Source: Octopus bimaculoides (taxonomy: Eukaryota). From it: a DNA stretch of 37,999 nt. The position numbers and the translations under genes were made by a program. The stretch lies in the NCBI RefSeq assembly GCF_001194135.2, contig NC_068983.1:99759011-99797009 (forward strand), in the 5' to 3' direction. The notes below the pieces were generated by a model. It did not search any database. It saw nothing but the letters and a program-made list of their open reading frames with translations, and had not been told where the DNA came from. Shown in pieces: positions 34,353-37,999 of the stretch. How positions within the stretch are numbered: position 1 is the first letter of the stretch; every line of letters starts with the position of its first letter.

Positions 34353-34853
34353 TCCTGCTTGGAAACAGGTGAGAGTTGGCAACAAGAAGGGCATCCTGCC
34401 ACAGCAAATTCCACTTGATCCAAGCAAACATGGAAAAGTGGACATTAAAATGATGATGATAATAACAGGCAGAAATGTGATTTAGCACAAGAATATATTT
34501 CCAGTCTGCAGCTCCACTATGCTCCAAATAAAATAAGGAACAGCTTCAATATTGGCATTGGTTGATCTTAATACAATTATCATCACTACATACATTAACA
34601 GCAGACTCAAATATAATTTTTCAATTAAGACATTTGTTGAACATTAAAAAGGAGAAATAGATACAAACTTCATCTCTTTTTGAAATAATATAGAATTGCT
34701 TATTATTATTATTAATAATAATAATAATAATAATCATTTAATGTCCATTTTTCCGTGGTTGCATGGATCAGGCCAGAATTTGTTGGGGAAAGTTTTCTAC
34801 AGTTGGGTGCCCTTCCTGTTGCTAACCCTCATCTGTTATCAAGCGAAGTAATA

Positions 34854-35135
34854 AAGGAGCACTCTGCTGGTTACGACGACGAGGGTCCCAGCTGATACAA
34901 TCAACAGAACAGCTTGCTTGTGAAATTAACATGCAAGTGACTGAGTAATTCACAGACACGTGTACCCCTAACGTAGTTCTCAGGGAGATTCAGCGTGACA
35001 CAAAATGTGACAAGGCCGGCTCTTTGAAATACAGGTACTACTCATTTTTGCCAGGTGAGTGGACTGGAGCAACATGAAATAAAGTGTCTTACTCAAGGAC
35101 GCAATGCGTCGCCGGGAATTGAACTCATGACCTAA
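34854..35135 (-). mobile_element. 5'-truncated CORE-like tRNA SINE with perfect 14-bp TSD, nested in an older SINE tail
   Basis: CAAGCGAAGTAATA at 34840-34853 and 35136-35149; minus strand gagttcaattcccggcgacgc..tccttgagtaagacacttta. Confidence 0.88.
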
Positions 35136-35487
35136 CAAGCGAAGTAATATTTTTCCATGGCCAGACATGTGACATGATTTTCATGGAAGATTGGAAATGA
35201 ACAACATAGCTTGTATTATGGTGAGAATTGTCTACTAGTCATCACATGATATCAAAACAAGGGTATACACACATACATATCTATCTATCTATATATATAA
35301 TAATATTAGGGACAAAATCCAATATACCCATGCCAGCATGGTGATGATGATGATATACATATATATAAAATAATGAATATAAAATCAAAAAGGAAAAATT
35401 CAATTGTCACTGTGACAGATGATGCAGGGGTAGCACCTACATTGCTAGAAATAAGGAAGCACATGTCTATACACTGACAGGAGAGAT

Positions 35488-35497
<10 letters not shown>

Positions 35498-35561
<64 letters not shown>
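35498..35561. repeat. (TA)n(TG)n microsatellite
   Basis: Directly visible. Confidence 0.98.
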
Positions 35562-35563
<2 letters not shown>

Positions 35564-35728
35564 GTGACAAGCTTCTTTCCGTTTTCCTCAACCAAATCCA
35601 CTTACAAGGTTTTGGTTGACCAGGGGCTATAGTAAAAGATACTCATCCAAAGTGTCACATAGTGGGGCCGAACCTAAGACCACACGATTAGGAAGCAAGC
35701 TTATCAACCACAATCACACTAGTGCCTA
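35562..35728 (-). mobile_element. tRNA/CORE-like SINE head
   Basis: Reverse complement resembles 23320-23470. Confidence 0.75.
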
Positions 35729-35765
35729 TTTAATAAGTATAACTGAGCCATGATCCTGTACATTA

Positions 35766-35982
35766 TGAGGGGGTGCTGAAAAGTTCCTGGCTTTGGGTAA
35801 AGGAAAATACAGGAGGATCAGTTAATTATGATTTTATGTAGCATATTTCCCTCTCAGATTTACACACTTATTACAGCAGTCTTTCAGTTCTTCTAAGCCC
35901 CATAAAAGAACTTAGAAGGTTTGGCCTCCAGCCAGACCTTTTGCGATGCCTTTAAAACCAGGAACTTTTCAGCACCTCCTTG
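35766..35982. mobile_element. Mariner-derived MITE (217 bp), TA TSD
   Basis: ~29-bp TIRs TGAGGGGGTGCTGAAAAGTTCCTGGCTTT / rc CAAGGAGGTGCTGAAAAGTTCCTGGTTTT, flanked by TA. Confidence 0.9.
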
Positions 35983-36188
35983 TACATTACATTCTTAGAT
36001 ATAAATAAATGGAGCAGGTAACAAAGATCCTCTTATTGGTGAAAAAAACAGAAATTACTGGAAATGAGATCAAAGTAATGCACAAATGTTTTCTCCACTA
36101 GAAAACTCTTCATTGAAATAATATTAATTAATATACATGGTAATTCAGAAGTCCTTTCAGCATTTAAATTATTTTTCAAATTTTTCAT

Positions 36189-36826
36189 CTTTTACTTGTT
36201 TCAGTCATTTGACAGCGGCCATACTGGGGCACTGCCTTGAAGGGCTTTTTAGTCAAACGAATCAACCCAAGGACTTATTTTTTAAAGCCTAGTGCTTATT
36301 CTATTGATCCCTTTGGTTGAACCACTAGATTACGGGGATGTAAACACACCAACGCCAGTTGTCAAGCGGTGGTGGGCACAGACAGACACAAAGACACACA
36401 GACACAGACATGGAAATCTAACCTGTCATTGTGGTTTTGTGGCACAAAGCAAAGTAGGCCTAGCCTTCCATTCGAGAAAACATAGTAAATGATTCACAAG
36501 CACTCAAGTAAACTGAATCCTCCACTTGTTCCATTTGCCAAAAGGTTTGCAAGGCACCAGCAGGCCTCAAGAGACACATTTGTGTCCATAGAACATGATT
36601 AACGCTTTTATTTTATTGAACCCTCATTTGTTGTTCACAACAAGAGAGTTCACCATATATATATATATGATGGGCTTCTTTCAGTTTCCATTAACCAAAT
36701 TCACTCACAAGGCTTTGGTTGGTCTGAGGCTGTAGTAGAAGACACTTGCTCAAGGTACCCTGCAGTGTGACTGAACCTGGAACCATGTGGTCCAGAAGCA
36801 AGCTTCTTACCACACAGCTATGCCTG
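36189..36826 (-). mobile_element. tRNA/CORE-like SINE (family of 9398-9793) split by ~240 bp of foreign sequence
   Basis: Tail 36189-36410 and head 36655-36826 are both collinear with 9398-9793. Confidence 0.85.
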
Positions 36827-37344
36827 TTTTTTATTTTTATTTTATTTTATTACAATTTTGGCTTTATATATTTTTAATACCATCTTTGCAAGTTTGTTGT
36901 GAATATATCTTTCATTGATAAATAGATTTATATGTTTTTTTTTAGAAAAATGTCATTATAAAAAGATGAGACACTGTTCATTGTCCTTAAAATGATATAA
37001 TATGATGATGGTATTGTACTATTTTAGCTGTGGTGGTCCAGGTGGCTAGTATATGAAAAGCAGGACTGTAGACCAACAATCCTTGAATCTCTGAATTGAA
37101 GCAGTTATCAGAGGGAATTGAGGTCAGTTAGTGGGTAATGAAAGCAGTGGGAAGGTGGATGAAAACTATAAAGAAAAGGTGGGTGGTATGAAAAAAGGAT
37201 AGCAAGAAGGGTAGGAGCAATACGTACATTATGAAACTTCACTGATCTTATGTGTTAGTCACTTCATATTAATGCTTACTAGACTTTGAGGCTTACTAGA
37301 CTTGAGTTGTCACAACAGTATAAGGCTAATATTTTAGCTAAATT

Positions 37345-37562
37345 TAAGGCAGCAAGCTGGCAGAATTGTTAGCACACCAGACAAAATGCTTAGCAGTATT
37401 TTACCCATTGCTATGTTCTGGTTTTAAATTCTGCTAAGGTCGACTTTGACTTTCATCCTCTCGGGGTTGCTAAAATAAGTACCAGTTGAGTATATGGGCC
37501 AATGTAACTGACTTACTCCTTTCCCCAAAATTGCTGGCCTTGTGCCAAAATTAGGAACCAAT
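37345..37562 (+). mobile_element. Meta-domain-like tRNA SINE
   Basis: aaggcagcaagctggcagaattgttagc..gtcgactttgactttcatcctctcggggttgctaaaataagtaccag. Confidence 0.88.
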
Positions 37563-37714
37563 ATTTCCCTAACATCAAATATCTACACACTCTCTTTAAT
37601 TTATGTGGTTGAGAAGGATATCTTAGGTGAAAGTTCTTATAGCAATAATATATTTAAAAGTTTATCCAGCAACAAATCTTAAAAGCAGAGAAAATGAAAT
37701 GTAAATATTCATAC

Positions 37715-37806
37715 CAACTGGAAAATGACTTTGGATTTCTCTCGGTTGCAGGTACGAAATACAACAGTGCCATCAGATAAAGTAAAATCCAAAGTTCCCA
37801 ACGTTT
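37715..37806 (-). CDS. DUS2: DUS2 exon: (E)TLGTLDFTLSDGTVVFRTCNREKSKVIFQL
   Basis: Acceptor atgtttcag, donor gtatga, 92 nt; resembles DUS2 VDF..DDRVVFRTC.RE..RVVFQM. Confidence 0.95.
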
Positions 37807-37920
37807 CTGAAACATAACATTAACTTCTTTCATTATCAATTAAAAATTGGCAATTCATTGATGAGAGGCTTCTTATAAAATTTTGCAATTTTCTAGAACC
37901 CAAAACTAATGTATACATGT

Positions 37921-37921
37921 G

Positions 37922-37999
<78 letters not shown>
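37921..37999. repeat. (CA)n(TA)n microsatellite
   Basis: Directly visible. Confidence 0.99.

Overview
AT-rich eukaryotic genomic DNA with seven N-gaps. The repeat content (tRNA-headed SINEs, RTE LINEs with (GAT)n tails, dense microsatellites) looks like an octopus/cephalopod draft assembly; this is inference. The window lies almost entirely within one minus-strand gene, DUS2 (tRNA-dihydrouridine(20) synthase). I reconstructed 11 phase-consistent GT-AG coding exons between 37806 and 8457. They cover the FMN TIM barrel (NMGCP, CKIR, HAR, ARAA motifs), the helical domain and most of the dsRBD. The first exons and the last dsRBD exon were not found. The introns are packed with RTE LINE copies, several SINE families, mariner, hAT and piggyBac-type MITEs, and CR1-like and L1/Tx1-like remnants. 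The best unexplained signal is a near-canonical type I hammerhead ribozyme (22592-22634) on the DUS2 sense strand. It caps a ~140-nt rod-like hairpin inside a ~260-nt structured element flanked by (TA)n, which looks retrozyme- or Penelope-like.
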